A stretch of DNA of 64,000 nt from Candidatus Krumholzibacteriia bacterium (GCA_963836185.1 CAWIIQ010000004.1:79221-143220); one strand, 5' to 3'; shown: positions 49,001 through 59,996, numbered from the stretch's first letter. The notes: a model not told the origin generated them from the letters alone. Numbers and translations are program-made.

Positions 49001-49654
49001 ATGCGACGACTGAATCGATATAATCTGACGATGGCGACGGGCAGGGTGATTATCATCACCCTGCTTCTTTCTATTGTCCCCGCGGGGCGGATGAGAGCAC
49101 AGGATTCGACCGGGACAGGCTCGAGGCACTTACTGTTCTTTGACACTGCGGGGCTTATTGGTGGAGAGTCTGATGTGCCCATGTACGTCGAGTCGTTCTT
49201 CAGGCTCTACTCAGAAGCAGGATATGAGTTCGAGGCTTCTCGAAAAGAAGGGCGGCGGGGCAACAGGTACGGCCTGGCTGTAACAGGAGCGCTCGGAACA
49301 GACGATATCCGCGTCGGCATCTCGCCGAGAGCCACATTGCAGTTGAACCCTGGATGGGCTGTCCAGGGATCTGCCGGGCCGGTCTGGAGCAGCAAAGAAG
49401 AGGAGGCAGGCCTGTTTGATCAGGGCTGGCAGGTCCGTGGAGGGCTCCTCTATAAAGATACAGCCTCATTTACCGTTCTTTACCAGGCGCTCCCATATTC
49501 CACTGACTATGAGGGTTATGAAAGCGGGACCCAGCATTCGTTCTATGCCGGAGTCATGATCCACGGGAAGCCTGGCGCGATCGTCTCCGCGGTAGCGTGG
49601 GGAGTCATACTGGCTGCCATAGGCCTTGTATTATTGACAGATCCTCCCTCTTGA
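49001..49654 (+). CDS. Hypothetical exported protein (beta-rich)
   Basis: Signal-like N-terminus, alternating strands, C-terminal hydrophobic helix. Confidence 0.55.
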   Translation: MRRLNRYNLTMATGRVIIITLLLSIVPAGRMRAQDSTGTGSRHLLFFDTAGLIGGESDVPMYVESFFRLYSEAGYEFEASRKEGRRGNRYGLAVTGALGTDDIRVGISPRATLQLNPGWAVQGSAGPVWSSKEEEAGLFDQGWQVRGGLLYKDTASFTVLYQALPYSTDYEGYESGTQHSFYAGVMIHGKPGAIVSAVAWGVILAAIGLVLLTDPPS

Positions 49655-49668
49655 TAGGAAAATCAGGT

Positions 49669-50862
49669 ATGCATGAGAATCACAGCAGGCTCGTATGGTA
49701 TCCAGGGCATGAACTGCTCCTTCGTGATATCGTGCGTGCGGAGAACTGTCACCTCTACGATTCCACGGGGACAAGATATGTCGATCTCGAGTCGGGCGTA
49801 TGGTGCACCTCGATAGGCCACGGCAATCCATGGATAAAACGGGTGATGGAGGAGCAGTATTCGAGGTACGGCCACTCGGGGTTCAATTACTCGGGCAACG
49901 TGGTGGAGGAAGCGGCTGAAGCGATCATGACCCTGACCGGATGCGAGGGAGGTCATTGCGTCTTCCTCTGTTCGGGGAGCGAGGCAGTCGAGTACGGGGT
50001 CAGGCTCGCCGAGGCGGTACTGGAGAAACCGCTGATGATGACGATGGCCGATTCCTATTTCGGAGCGTACGGCTCGGCGGCCAGGAGGGAGGAGCAGGGC
50101 TGGTTCCTCTTCGACTGGTTTCCATGCGTCGACTGCCCGTTCGAGGGCGACTGCGCCGATACATGTGAACACTGGGAATCTATTCCATTCGACCGGATAG
50201 GGGGCTTCCTTCTCGAGCCGGGAAGTTCCTCGGGCCTCGTGAGGTTCCCTCCTGAAAAGCTCGTCCGCTGTATAGCCGCCGCAATAAAGCGGGATGACGG
50301 GCTTGTGCTGGTAAACGAGGTGACGACCGGGATAGGCCGTACAGGGAAATGGTTCGGGTACCAGCACTACGGGATCTCTCCCGATATAGTCGCGATAGGC
50401 AAGGGTGTGGGGAACGGTTACCCCGTTAGCGCGACGACATTCAGGCCAGGAGCCATCGAGCTGCTTGGCGGCGAGCCTATGAAATACGCGCAGTCCCACC
50501 AGAACGATCCGGTCGGCGCGGCTGTAGCGCGGGAAGTGATAAGGATCATCGAAGAAGAAGGGCTGATCGCCAGGGGCAGAGAAATAGCGGACATCCTGAT
50601 GACAGGACTGTTGGAGATCAAGGAACGTTCAGGGCGAATAAGCGAGATCAGGGGGCGCGGCCTGATGATAGGGCTCGACATGGTAGATGGGCCAGGTGTT
50701 CCCTATACCGCCGCGGCACATCGTGAACTGGTCAATCGTGGATACATACCCGGGCGAAGGCCCGGGATAAATGTTTTACGGCTCGATCCTGCTCTGACCA
50801 TTGAACGCGAGGACATAGAAGGATTTCTGAGAACATTCGGGGATGTGCTGGAGGCAGACTGA
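49669..50862 (+). CDS. Aminotransferase class III (PLP)
   Basis: YVDLESGVWCTSIGH, SGSEAVE, NEVTTGIGRTGKWFG, DIVAIGKGVGNGYP, RGRGLMIG. Confidence 0.9.
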   Translation: MHENHSRLVWYPGHELLLRDIVRAENCHLYDSTGTRYVDLESGVWCTSIGHGNPWIKRVMEEQYSRYGHSGFNYSGNVVEEAAEAIMTLTGCEGGHCVFLCSGSEAVEYGVRLAEAVLEKPLMMTMADSYFGAYGSAARREEQGWFLFDWFPCVDCPFEGDCADTCEHWESIPFDRIGGFLLEPGSSSGLVRFPPEKLVRCIAAAIKRDDGLVLVNEVTTGIGRTGKWFGYQHYGISPDIVAIGKGVGNGYPVSATTFRPGAIELLGGEPMKYAQSHQNDPVGAAVAREVIRIIEEEGLIARGREIADILMTGLLEIKERSGRISEIRGRGLMIGLDMVDGPGVPYTAAAHRELVNRGYIPGRRPGINVLRLDPALTIEREDIEGFLRTFGDVLEAD

Positions 50863-50964
50863 TATGGCTGACAGAAAAGCACTGGAAGCGATATTCACGA
50901 AGAACAATCAGAAGATAAATCGGTACGGAATGCTGTTGATAGGTTGACCTGTAAAGGAGGGACT

Positions 50965-51207
50965 ATGACTGTCGAAATGTTACGCGCGTTCTTCGGCTGG
51001 TGCACGCTCCTGAACTGGGGGCTGATGCTTCTCAGCGGCCTGATGATTCTTGCCTTCCGGGGCTGGATTTTCAGGCTGCACGCCAGGATGTTCGGGAGCA
51101 CAGAGGAAGATGTAAAGAAGTCTCTTTACCTGGTGATGGCCGGGTACAAGGTGGCGATATTCCTCTTCTGTGCTGTTCCATATCTCGTTCTTCGCATCAT
51201 CGCGTAG
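50965..51207 (+). CDS. DUF6868-like small membrane protein
   Basis: FFGWCTLLNWGL, LHARMFG, YKVAIFLFCAVPYL. Confidence 0.75.
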   Translation: MTVEMLRAFFGWCTLLNWGLMLLSGLMILAFRGWIFRLHARMFGSTEEDVKKSLYLVMAGYKVAIFLFCAVPYLVLRIIA

Positions 51208-51216
51208 GAGTGTCAA

Positions 51217-51589
51217 GTGAGTGGGATCGTAAATATCGAGAAGTGTTTTGAGCGGTTTGATGATCTCTTTTCACCCGAAGATCGTCGGTGAGCTCAACGG
51301 TCAGCATGTCAAACTCGTCAGGGCGGAGGGGGACAAGGTCCCCATGCATACGCATGATGATCAAGACGAGCTCTTCTTCGTCCTTGAAGGCGAACTGGAT
51401 ATAATCGACGGTGAGGGAGAGATTACTCTCAGGCCCGGCGAGTTCTACATAGTCCGGCGCGGCAGGGAGCATCGGGTAATACCGAGAGGGCACGTAAAGC
51501 TGCTCCTCTTCGAGCCGGCTGATATTGCGCATACGGGGAAAGTCAGATCCGAGATAACGAAGGATTCTTTTGACGTTCTGGACCCTTAG
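51217..51589 (+). CDS. Cupin-domain protein (frameshift near 51275)
   Basis: MSGIVNIEKCFERFDDLFSP/KIVGELNGQHVKL, HTHDDQDELFFVLEG, VRRGREH. Confidence 0.85.
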
Positions 51590-51619
51590 CAGCCGCAGCC
51601 GGCCGATTGGAGATTCAAG

Positions 51620-52087
51620 ATGAAGGCACGTCGTTGGTTGACGCTTGTTCTCTTCGTGGTCATAAGTCTTTCGGCAGGGATGATCGGTTCTCAGTTTCCG
51701 CCCGACGCATGGTACCGGGGGCTGGAGAAACCCTCCTGGAATCCTCCGGATTACCTGTTTGCTCCTGTCTGGACGCTTCTATATATACTGATGGGTGTTG
51801 CTGCCTGGCTCGTGTGGGCGCATGGGGAGAAAGGGAAGCGGCTTCTGCCATTATCGGTATTCGCTGTTCAGCTAGGGGTGAACGCACTCTGGTCCTGGCT
51901 TTTTTTCGGGATGAGAAGGCCGGACCTTGCCTTTATCGATATTGTTGCAATGTGGGTCCTTATCTGTGCTACAATCATCCTGTTCTGGAAAGTAAAGAGG
52001 TCTGCCGGACTTCTGCTGATTCCATATCTTGCCTGGGTCAGCTTCGCAACTGCGCTGAACTTCCAGCTCTGGCAGCTCAATATATAA
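51620..52087 (+). CDS. tspO: TspO/MBR family protein
   Basis: WYRGLEKPSWNPP..FAPVWTLLY, NALWSWLFFG, PYLAWVSFATALN. Confidence 0.93.
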   Translation: MKARRWLTLVLFVVISLSAGMIGSQFPPDAWYRGLEKPSWNPPDYLFAPVWTLLYILMGVAAWLVWAHGEKGKRLLPLSVFAVQLGVNALWSWLFFGMRRPDLAFIDIVAMWVLICATIILFWKVKRSAGLLLIPYLAWVSFATALNFQLWQLNI

Positions 52088-52168
52088 CATAAATACGGAG
52101 CCTGATTTAATGATATGGATAGGCAAGGACCACGCGGATTGCGGCGTAACAATCCACAAGGTGAGGGC

Positions 52169-52527
52169 ATGCCGGAAAATGTAGGAGTCAATCGGGAACT
52201 CGGGATCATAGAGATCCGTTCATTCGGTATCGTCGATTTCTCGCATATGGCCGGCTTCGATCGAATCGGTCAAACGTCTTTTCGAGGAAACAGGAATAGA
52301 CAGAGTCCTTGTAGATACACGGGGCCTGACGGAGCTGCCCGGAACAGTTGAAATGTTCGAACTGACGAAAAGCTTTCCAAAGAACCTGTCTATCGCGGTG
52401 CTCCTTAAGGCGGATGCGGAACTACGTGGATGAGCTCGAATTTGGTGAAAATGTCGCGTTCAACCGGGGAGTCTCAATCCGTCTGTTCGATTCTGAGGAG
52501 GCGGCGGTAGAATGGCTTCAGGCCTGA
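52169..52527 (+). CDS. SpoIIAA/STAS-like small protein, broken by two apparent frameshifts
   Basis: Stitched reading MPENVGVNRELGIIEIRSFG...RVLVDTR...FGENVAFNRGVSIRLFDSEEAAVEWL*. Confidence 0.55.
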
Positions 52528-52599
52528 TCAGGCGGAATGCCTCTTCGTGATCAGGATGGATTACCACTGAAAAGATTATCTTCAGCTGAGGGAGTCGTA

Positions 52600-53169
52600 A
52601 TGAAAGTAACAGCATTCAACGGGAGTCCCCGCAAAGAGGGCAATACATCACTTCTGACCGACATGGTCCTCAAAGAACTGGCTGCAAAAGGGATAGAGAC
52701 CGTGAAATACGACCTGGGTAAAAAAAAGATCCGGGGCTGCAAGGCTTGTTACAAGTGCGCGAAGAACCTCGACAGGCACTGCGTAGTCGATGATTGCGTC
52801 AACGAATGCATCGACCTGATGTTCGAGTCGGACGGGATCATTCTCGCCTCGCCGACCTACTTCGCCAATGTCACAGCTGAGATGAAAGCGCTGATCGATC
52901 GAGCGGGACTTGTCGCCAAGGTCAACGGCGACATGCTCAAGCGAAAGGCTGGCGCGGCGGTCGTTGCGGTACGGCGGGCCGGCAGCATCCACGTATTCAA
53001 TTCTATCAACCATTTCTTCCTGATCAACCAGATGATCGTGCCCGGTTCGAGCTACTGGAACCTCGGTATCGGGAGGAATCCCGGCGAGGTCGAATCGGAC
53101 GAGGAAGGGATCGACACGATGAAAGCCCTCGGACAGAACATGGCCTGGCTGCTTGAGAAGATCGGATGA
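52600..53169 (+). CDS. Iron-sulfur flavoprotein / flavodoxin-family protein
   Basis: NGSPRKEGNT, GCKACYKC......C, ASPTYFANV, VRRAG. Confidence 0.88.
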   Translation: MKVTAFNGSPRKEGNTSLLTDMVLKELAAKGIETVKYDLGKKKIRGCKACYKCAKNLDRHCVVDDCVNECIDLMFESDGIILASPTYFANVTAEMKALIDRAGLVAKVNGDMLKRKAGAAVVAVRRAGSIHVFNSINHFFLINQMIVPGSSYWNLGIGRNPGEVESDEEGIDTMKALGQNMAWLLEKIG

Positions 53170-54119
53170 AGAAGATAAGACTTGGAATAAGCTCCTGCCT
53201 GCTCGGTGAGAATGTCCGCTACAACGGCGGGCACAAGCTCGACAGGTTCCTCAGGGATACGCTCGGAAGGTATGCCGAGTATGTCCCGGTATGCCCCGAG
53301 GTTGAATGCGGACTGAGTATTCCGAGAGAGGCGATGAGGCTGGTCGGCGATCCGGATGGCTCCAAGGCTCCTTACCCGCAACACACTTGTGGACCATACG
53401 GACAGGATGAAGAAATGGACGGCGAAACGGCTGCGAGAGCTGGAAAAGGAAGACCTGAGGGGATTTATCTTCAAGAGCCGCTCGCCCAGTTCCGGTATGA
53501 CAGGCGTGAAGGTATACGATGAGACGGGGACCAGGATAAAGAAGGGGAGGGGGCTTTTTGCCGGTGCCTTCATGGACAGGTTCCCGGTGCTTCCGGTCGA
53601 GGACGACGGCCGCCTTCACGATCCCGGGCCTTCGTGAGAATTTCATAGAGCGGATATTTACTTATGACCGCTGGCGCTAACATGGAATCATCGGGCAGGA
53701 CGGCGGGAAAGCTCGTCGAGTTTCACTCGAGGAACAAGTATCTTATCCTTTCGCACGACAGAAAGACCCTGAAGGAACTCGGCGCCCTGACAGCCAGGGC
53801 GGGGAAGATGCCGGCAGGGGAGCTTTTCACGTCAAATATATCGGAACACTGATGGAAGGGATGAAGATTGCGGCGACCCCGAAGAAAAACACCGATGTCC
53901 TTATGCACATCATGGGGTATTTCAAGAAGGACCTGAGCGGTGACGAGAAGAAGGAACTGCTCGAGATCATCGAGAGGTACCGTACCGGGCTGATACCGCT
54001 GAGTCGTACCATTACTCTGCTCAATCACTACGTGAGGAAGTACTCACCTGAATACCTGATGAAGCCAGTACTATCTCGACCCTCATCCGGACGAACTGAT
54101 GCTCCGGAACCACGTCTGA
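53166..54119 (+). CDS. DUF523 (TudS-like) + DUF1722 (YbgA) protein with several frameshifts
   Basis: GISSCLLGENVRYNGGH, VCPEVECGLSIPRE, KSRSPSSG, VEDDGRL, FHSRNKY..LSH, HIMGYFK, YLDPHPDELMLRNHV*. Confidence 0.85.
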
Positions 54120-54128
54120 TTCTGAAAT

Positions 54129-55204
54129 TTAGCATGTCATCGCCTCTTCAGGGATCATCCTGTGGGCTCTGCGTGCCGCCGTTCATCCACATGAGCAGCA
54201 GCTTATATCCCAGCGACATCACGATTGCCCCGGTAAAAAGACCGATGAAACCCTGAGAGCATGAAACCACCGATCACTCCCAGGAAGATCACCAGCATCG
54301 GCACAGGCGCCCCTTTGCCCAGGACGAGAGGCTTGAGGACATTATCCGATATCGCTGCCAGGACAAGGTATATCGTCCACAGAACGGCGGGCACCGTCCC
54401 CGTGCTGGAAAAGAGGTATATTATAGCCGGGATCACCATCACGGTAGGCGGCAGCTGAAGAATAGTCAGAAACAGGATCAGAAGGGTCCACACTCCCGCA
54501 TAGGGGATGCCGGCGAGCAGGAACCCGATCCCTATAAGCAGAGACTGTAAGAACGCGACCCCCAGCACTCCCCGGACGACACTGTTTATTGTCTTCTCTA
54601 CTGAATCGGCGAGTTCGTCTCCCATTTCCCCCGCCAGCCTTCTGAATATCTTTTTCGCCGAATTGCTCGCGTCCCCGGTGACCAGCAGAACCCCCGCGAT
54701 GATCAGTGAGATGAAGAGCTGAATCAATGCCGAAGTCGCGTTGAGGATCCCATCGACTATCGTTTTCCCGATAGCGAGAACCTGATCCTGATGTGCCGAG
54801 ATGAAAAGACCCAGATTCGTCGAGGCGGAATTCCACAGCGAGTACAGCCGCTCTCCGATGACAGGCCAGTTCTTGACCTGCTCTGCAGGTGCTGGTAAAG
54901 CGAGTGTGCCGGCATCGAGACTCTCCTTCATCTCCCGGAAAGAGCCCTGGGATGCATCCAGCAGGAACCAGCCGGGTATAAAGATGATTGCGAGGCATGC
55001 AAGGACCAGGATCAACAAGGCGGTCTTCCCTCTTCCTCCAAGCCGTTTTGTCAGAGACTGGTGAAGAGGGTGCAGGGTGACGGCAAAGATCACACCCCAT
55101 AACAGGATCTGGGCAAATGGGAAGAGGATCATCACGCACCAGGCGATGATGAGCGCCAGGAACCCCATCCTGATCATGGTATCGTACATATTCGTTTTCT
55201 CCAT
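54129..55204 (-). CDS. AI-2E family transporter (frameshift near 54250)
   Basis: LWGVIFAVTLHPL, DNVLKPLVLGKG, IFLGVIGG; the shifted frame gives FIGLFTGAIVMSLGYKL. Confidence 0.85.
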
Positions 55205-55222
55205 TTCCCTGTCCTTCCTGTA

Positions 55223-55593
55223 TCAGCAGTTCTGCCGGTCACCTTCGGTGAAGAAGACCACTGACTGGTCCATGGCGATGAACTGGCTCTGGTACGCTTC
55301 GTTTCCGGCGCGAGCTTCTTGAACTCATCCCCCTGTGCTACGTCGGACACGTGCGCGGCGCTGTCCCACCAGTACTCGATGACCCCGTCGAACTGATCGC
55401 CGAGAGGGCGCATCTCCATGAGCATCTTGTTGGCGCCGACGGCCAGGGTCGCGTTGACAGCAAATCCCAGGGCGCCGACCAGCCTGGCCATGCTCTCGAT
55501 CGATTGCGCGAACTCCCCGCTGTCCCAGTACTGCCGGAACTCCTCTAGTGAAAGGTCGTCGCGCTTGCGGACACAATGGATCAGTCTGATCAT
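55223..55593 (-). CDS. EthD-like protein (frameshift near 55290)
   Basis: MIRLIHCVRKRDDLSLEEFRQYW, FDGVIEYWWDS. Confidence 0.75.
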
Positions 55594-55683
55594 GATCGAC
55601 TCCGTCGCTGAGGTTAGTGGACCAATATACAGGAATAACAGCTACAGGAATCCCGGTCCGCTGTCAAGCCTGCCTGCCCTGCC

Positions 55684-58500
55684 TTACTTCAGTATGACCA
55701 CTTTGCCTGTCAGGTGATGCTCGCCCGAGATCAGCTTAAGGAAGTAGATTCCCTGCGACACTTCACTTCCCGACAGAGTTTATCCCGTCCCATGAGATTG
55801 TATGGCGGCCGGGGCCGAGGGTGCCCGAGACGAGGGTGCGCACGCGTCTGCCCGCGACATTGTAGATCTCGAGGGAGACGGGAGCGGAGTCGGGAAGGAA
55901 CAGCTGGATCGTCGTCGAGCCGGAGAACGGGTTCGGGCTCGCCGGACTCATGGATATCGAGGTCGGGCCCCGGTCTTCGGTGCCGGTAGTAGAGAAGGGG
56001 AACCAGACGAATTCCGATTCGTCTATATTGCCATTGAGATCCCCCGCGGGAGCCTGGATTATGAGAGGATCAGCGTCGTTTGTCCCCCAGCCAGCCGCGC
56101 AGAGATATACTCCGTCGGGCAGGGGGGTGCCGAGATGCTGCTCGAGGTCTATGAGCCCTTCGAGCCATGTCCCGGAAGCCGTTTCGGCCCCGGAACTGAG
56201 TGAGATTCTCGGCCGAGTCGAACCAGCCGCACCAGTTGTTTCCGTCCTCGTTTCCGATAAAGAACGACCGGTCGGCAACAGTTCCTGACTTTGGCCCAGG
56301 GCGCCGCGACCGGAGTGGAGAGGTCGGTGCCGACGATAAGGAAATGATCCATCGCGGAGGTCGCGCCGACGCCGTTCATCGCGAGGTAGAGATATCGCCC
56401 GTCCCAGTCAGCATAGAGTTCGAGTCCATCGCCTGAGGCGACCAGGTCGCCTCCTCGTCAAGCTCGCCGTCGATCACATGTGACGCGCTGCCTGTCGCTT
56501 CTCCGACCCAGACGTGCTGAATAGGGGATCGCTTGATATTTCCGGCCACGTCCTCGGCCTCGATGTAATAGTCAACGAGCACATCGGAGAGTCCCGTTAC
56601 CTGGATGTAGTACTCGTCGGCGATATAGTCGGGCAGGACGGTGAAATCTATCTCGGGAGAGTCGAAGAAGTCACCAGTGGGGAAGGCGCGGTAAGTCATC
56701 GGGACCGCCGTCCACGAGCCGACCTCTGCTCCGCCGGTATAGGTCTCGTTCTGGTCGCTCGACATCGGGTTGATGCCGTCCGCATCTATCCGGTACATCA
56801 GGTCGACTCTCTCCATGCCTGATACGTCGTAAGCGAATGTCCAGACCCAGAAGTCGCTCGGCATCTCGGCGCCGTCGCCCCCGGGGTATCCCCAGAGCGA
56901 GCCGCCGCCGCGGCCGCCGGGATTCCATGGAAGTCTCTGAGGGATCCATATCGTCGGCGCCGTATTGTCGCTGCCTCCGCCTGTGATCACCGGATCGGCG
57001 TAATACACGGCCGCGTTGCACGCCAGTGTCGCCTTGACCTCCATATCGAGGGATGCGCCGTAATACATGTATCCGCTCTCGTAACCCGAGAGGAGGTGGT
57101 GCCAGGCCCTCTCGAGGACAGTCGATCCTGTATCAGGCCTGAAGATACGCGCCGGATCCGGAGTGGAGCCCGACATCTCCTCGGCAGTCTCTACACGGTT
57201 CTGTGCAGCCGTCAATACAGCCCAGTTCCGTTCGTCCTCTGCCCATCCGCCGGGGATATCGAAGTTCCCGTACTGGTCGACGAGCGGCCAGTTCCAGTTG
57301 ATGAACTGCGGCGAGCCGAAGTCACCGTCGGCGTTGACCCATCCGCCGTCCTCGACATGGACGAGGTCCGAAGGGTCGACGGGGTGGTCGGCGAGGTATT
57401 CATCGACGGTCGATGGTTCGTATCCCTGGCTGACCGCCTGGTGGCTGAAGCCCGTCACGTTCTCATTGTAGTAGGAGTAGCCTCCCGACCACGCGTTGTC
57501 GCCATCATGGGCGAAGAGGATCAGCATCGGGTGTGCCGGGTCGTTGTACCCGGCGATCGCGTCTATCTCACCGGTGCCGTAGAGGCCGTACCCCTCGTTC
57601 CAGCTCATCGCCTGAGCTGCGGGAACGACGATTATCGAATCGGCCTCGCCCGTGTCGGGATCGACGAAGCGGGCGTAGTGGGGGCGGTATCCGTATGGTG
57701 CGGGTGTCTTGACCGTGACTCCCCTGCTGATAGTCAGGCTCTGATAGCTGCCCTGCGCGGGATTTACCTGGTCGGCCGGATTCGGCGGATCGCAGTTGTC
57801 GAGGTTGGCCGCATAAGGGTAGTCGGTGCAGGCGCGCGATATATGTATGTTCGGCACTATGACCCATTCGACTCCTGCCTCAGCCAGGGCGGGGATCATC
57901 CGTTCCGAGAAGCACATCTCGGCCGGAAAATAACCCTTCGAGTACGTCCCTCCCCAGGCGATATCGTAAGCGGCCTTCGCTACCTCGATCTCACGCCTGA
58001 GTGCGTTTTCATCCATCAGCGGAGCTATCGGATGGTGAGCGGCGACCAGGACCGGGTCGAGGCGCGGGCGTCCGCCCGAGGTGGTCCATGACCGTGCGGT
58101 GCGATAATATGAGTACCAGTTCGATGCGTAACGGCCGCCGTTCCAGCCGGCGTCGCCGAGGCTCTTGATGTTCTCTATCAGCGAGCCGGCGAAGCTGACC
58201 TGGGCGCCGGCATCGGGTATATCGAGGATCGAGGAGATCGCATCGCGGGGGTAGTTCTGGTAGTCCGCTACACGGTCGTCCTTGTTGAATATGTCGAAGA
58301 CATTGTTCTGTGAATGCCCCAGTGTGATCGTCTCGTACGCCATCTCGTAACGGGACGTGTCCCATGTCGACCTGGCGGGCCAGTAGATCGGCTGGTGCAT
58401 GTGCCAGAGGTATGTAGTATGGACAGGGGCGGCCTGGGAGCCGGGCACATTACCGGCGAGGATCGAGCAGGGCGACGATGATAGTTCCGGTGCGGCGCAA
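55684..58500 (-). CDS. Secreted GH57-like glycoside hydrolase with FlgD-Ig/T9SS-type C-terminal domain (several frameshifts)
   Basis: TYLWHMHQPIY, FPAEMCFS, AHDGDNAW; C-terminal SPNPF...IYNVAGRRVRTL...WDG...GIYFLKL...KVVILK*; TTG start after AGGAGG. Confidence 0.75.
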
Positions 58501-58676
58501 GGGCTGTCCCTCCTGGTTGCGGGGCCTGTGAGACTTTCAGTAAGGATAGCACATGGAAGAGATTGCGGCAAACCGGAGGAGGCGCAGGAGCCTGTAAATA
58601 GATAGGAGTATTCCTCTATTTTCAGGTATAATCATTCAGCAGTCAAACTGCTTATCATCCTGTGGAAGGAGGCGGA

Positions 58677-58967
58677 ATGAGCGTCTATATCATCGCCCAG
58701 ATCAATATCCATGACCGTGAGGAATACGACAGGTACGAGGACGGTTTCGATCGTATTTTCGAGAAGTACAAGGGGATGGTCGTCACCATCGACGAGGATG
58801 TCACCGTACTGGAAGGTGAGTGGCCGTACGGGCGAACCGTCATGATAAGGTTTCCGAGCGAGGAGGAGGCAAGGCGCTGGTTCGACTCGGAAGAGTACAC
58901 CGCGCTCAAACAGCACAGGCTCGCCGCTTCAGATGGTAATATAATCATGATTAGAAGAAGGTCATGA
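58677..58967 (+). CDS. DUF1330 family protein
   Basis: VYIIAQI, LEGEWP, IRFPS..EARRWFDSEEY. Confidence 0.88.
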   Translation: MSVYIIAQINIHDREEYDRYEDGFDRIFEKYKGMVVTIDEDVTVLEGEWPYGRTVMIRFPSEEEARRWFDSEEYTALKQHRLAASDGNIIMIRRRS

Positions 58968-58998
58968 TCGGAATGAAAAGCAAGAGGAGGGTAGAGGA

Positions 58999-59223
58999 GT
59001 GAAGAGCTCAATCGGAAAACTGACTGCCGGTATCGGGTACGGCTTTCTATTCGGAGCCGCGGCGGGGCTGACTGCCGGGGTGGTCCTGCACAGACTCTTC
59101 TTCTGGACCATCATCGGCGTCGTCGCCGGGGTGGCCATCGGTATCGCTGACAGCGCTCATCATCGCGGCGAAGAGCCGGAGGGTCGCGAAGAGGTTCGAC
59201 CAGGCTGCAGAGGTCAGGGATGA
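58999..59223 (+). CDS. Small Gly-rich membrane protein
   Basis: 2 TM with Gly-zipper pattern; ATGA overlap with the next gene. Confidence 0.5.
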   Translation: MKSSIGKLTAGIGYGFLFGAAAGLTAGVVLHRLFFWTIIGVVAGVAIGIADSAHHRGEEPEGREEVRPGCRGQG

Positions 59224-59996
59224 AGATAAGGCTGATACACTGGAACCCTGATGAAGGCGGCAAGAGGGCCGGATATCTCAGGAGGAGGGGGATAACGGCC
59301 GATTTCGAGCCTTGGAGCGGGGAGACGCTGAAGCGGATGGGAAACGATCAGTCTGAGGCTGTCATCATCGACCTTACCAGGATGCCCTCGCAGGGCAGGG
59401 ATGTGGCAATAGCTCTACGCATCAGAAAATCCACGAGACATATTCCCATTATATTTGCCGGAGGCTCGAAGGAAAAGGTCGCGGGAGTCAGGAAAGTGCT
59501 GCCCGACGCTGTTTATTCCTCCTGGGACGATATTCTCGACTCTATAGGGAACGCTATGGAAAATCAGCCCGCAGAACCTGTCGTCCCGTCATCACAGTTC
59601 GCCGGTTACGCGGGGAGATCCCTGCCCGTGAAGCTCGGCATCTCCAGCGGGACGGACCTGCTTCTCCTCGATCCTCCCGATGGATTCGAGAAGACGCTCG
59701 GCACTCTCCCCGAAGGTGTCCGTATCAGAAAAAGGGCCGCAGGCAGGAGCGGCGTGGTTATCATGTTCTGCAGGTCGATGAGCGACCTCGAGAAGCGCCT
59801 CGAGAAGGCAAAAGCCCTCATAGCCGAGGGCGGTTCCCTCTGGATCGCGTGGCAGAAGAAGGCTTCAGGCGCCGGCTCGGACCTCACGCAGGCTGTTGTC
59901 AGGCGCAAGGGTCTCGATTCAGGGCTGGTCGATTACAAGATCTGCTCGATCGACGATGTCTGGTCGGGCCTGAGATTCGCCAAGCGCGGCAAGTGA
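59220..59996 (+). CDS. Receiver-like domain fused to a DUF3052-like domain
   Basis: AVIIDL..PSQGRDVA..LR..KSTRHIPIIF, then AGYAGRSLPVKLGI...LWIAWQKKAS...GLVDYKICSIDDVWSGLRF. Confidence 0.7.
   Translation: MKIRLIHWNPDEGGKRAGYLRRRGITADFEPWSGETLKRMGNDQSEAVIIDLTRMPSQGRDVAIALRIRKSTRHIPIIFAGGSKEKVAGVRKVLPDAVYSSWDDILDSIGNAMENQPAEPVVPSSQFAGYAGRSLPVKLGISSGTDLLLLDPPDGFEKTLGTLPEGVRIRKRAAGRSGVVIMFCRSMSDLEKRLEKAKALIAEGGSLWIAWQKKASGAGSDLTQAVVRRKGLDSGLVDYKICSIDDVWSGLRFAKRGK

Noticed and set aside
33734-54119. Bona fide integron
   Set aside because: There is no tyrosine recombinase, and the spacers I read lack RYYYAAC...GTTRRRY attC palindromes. It is kept only as a cassette-like observation.
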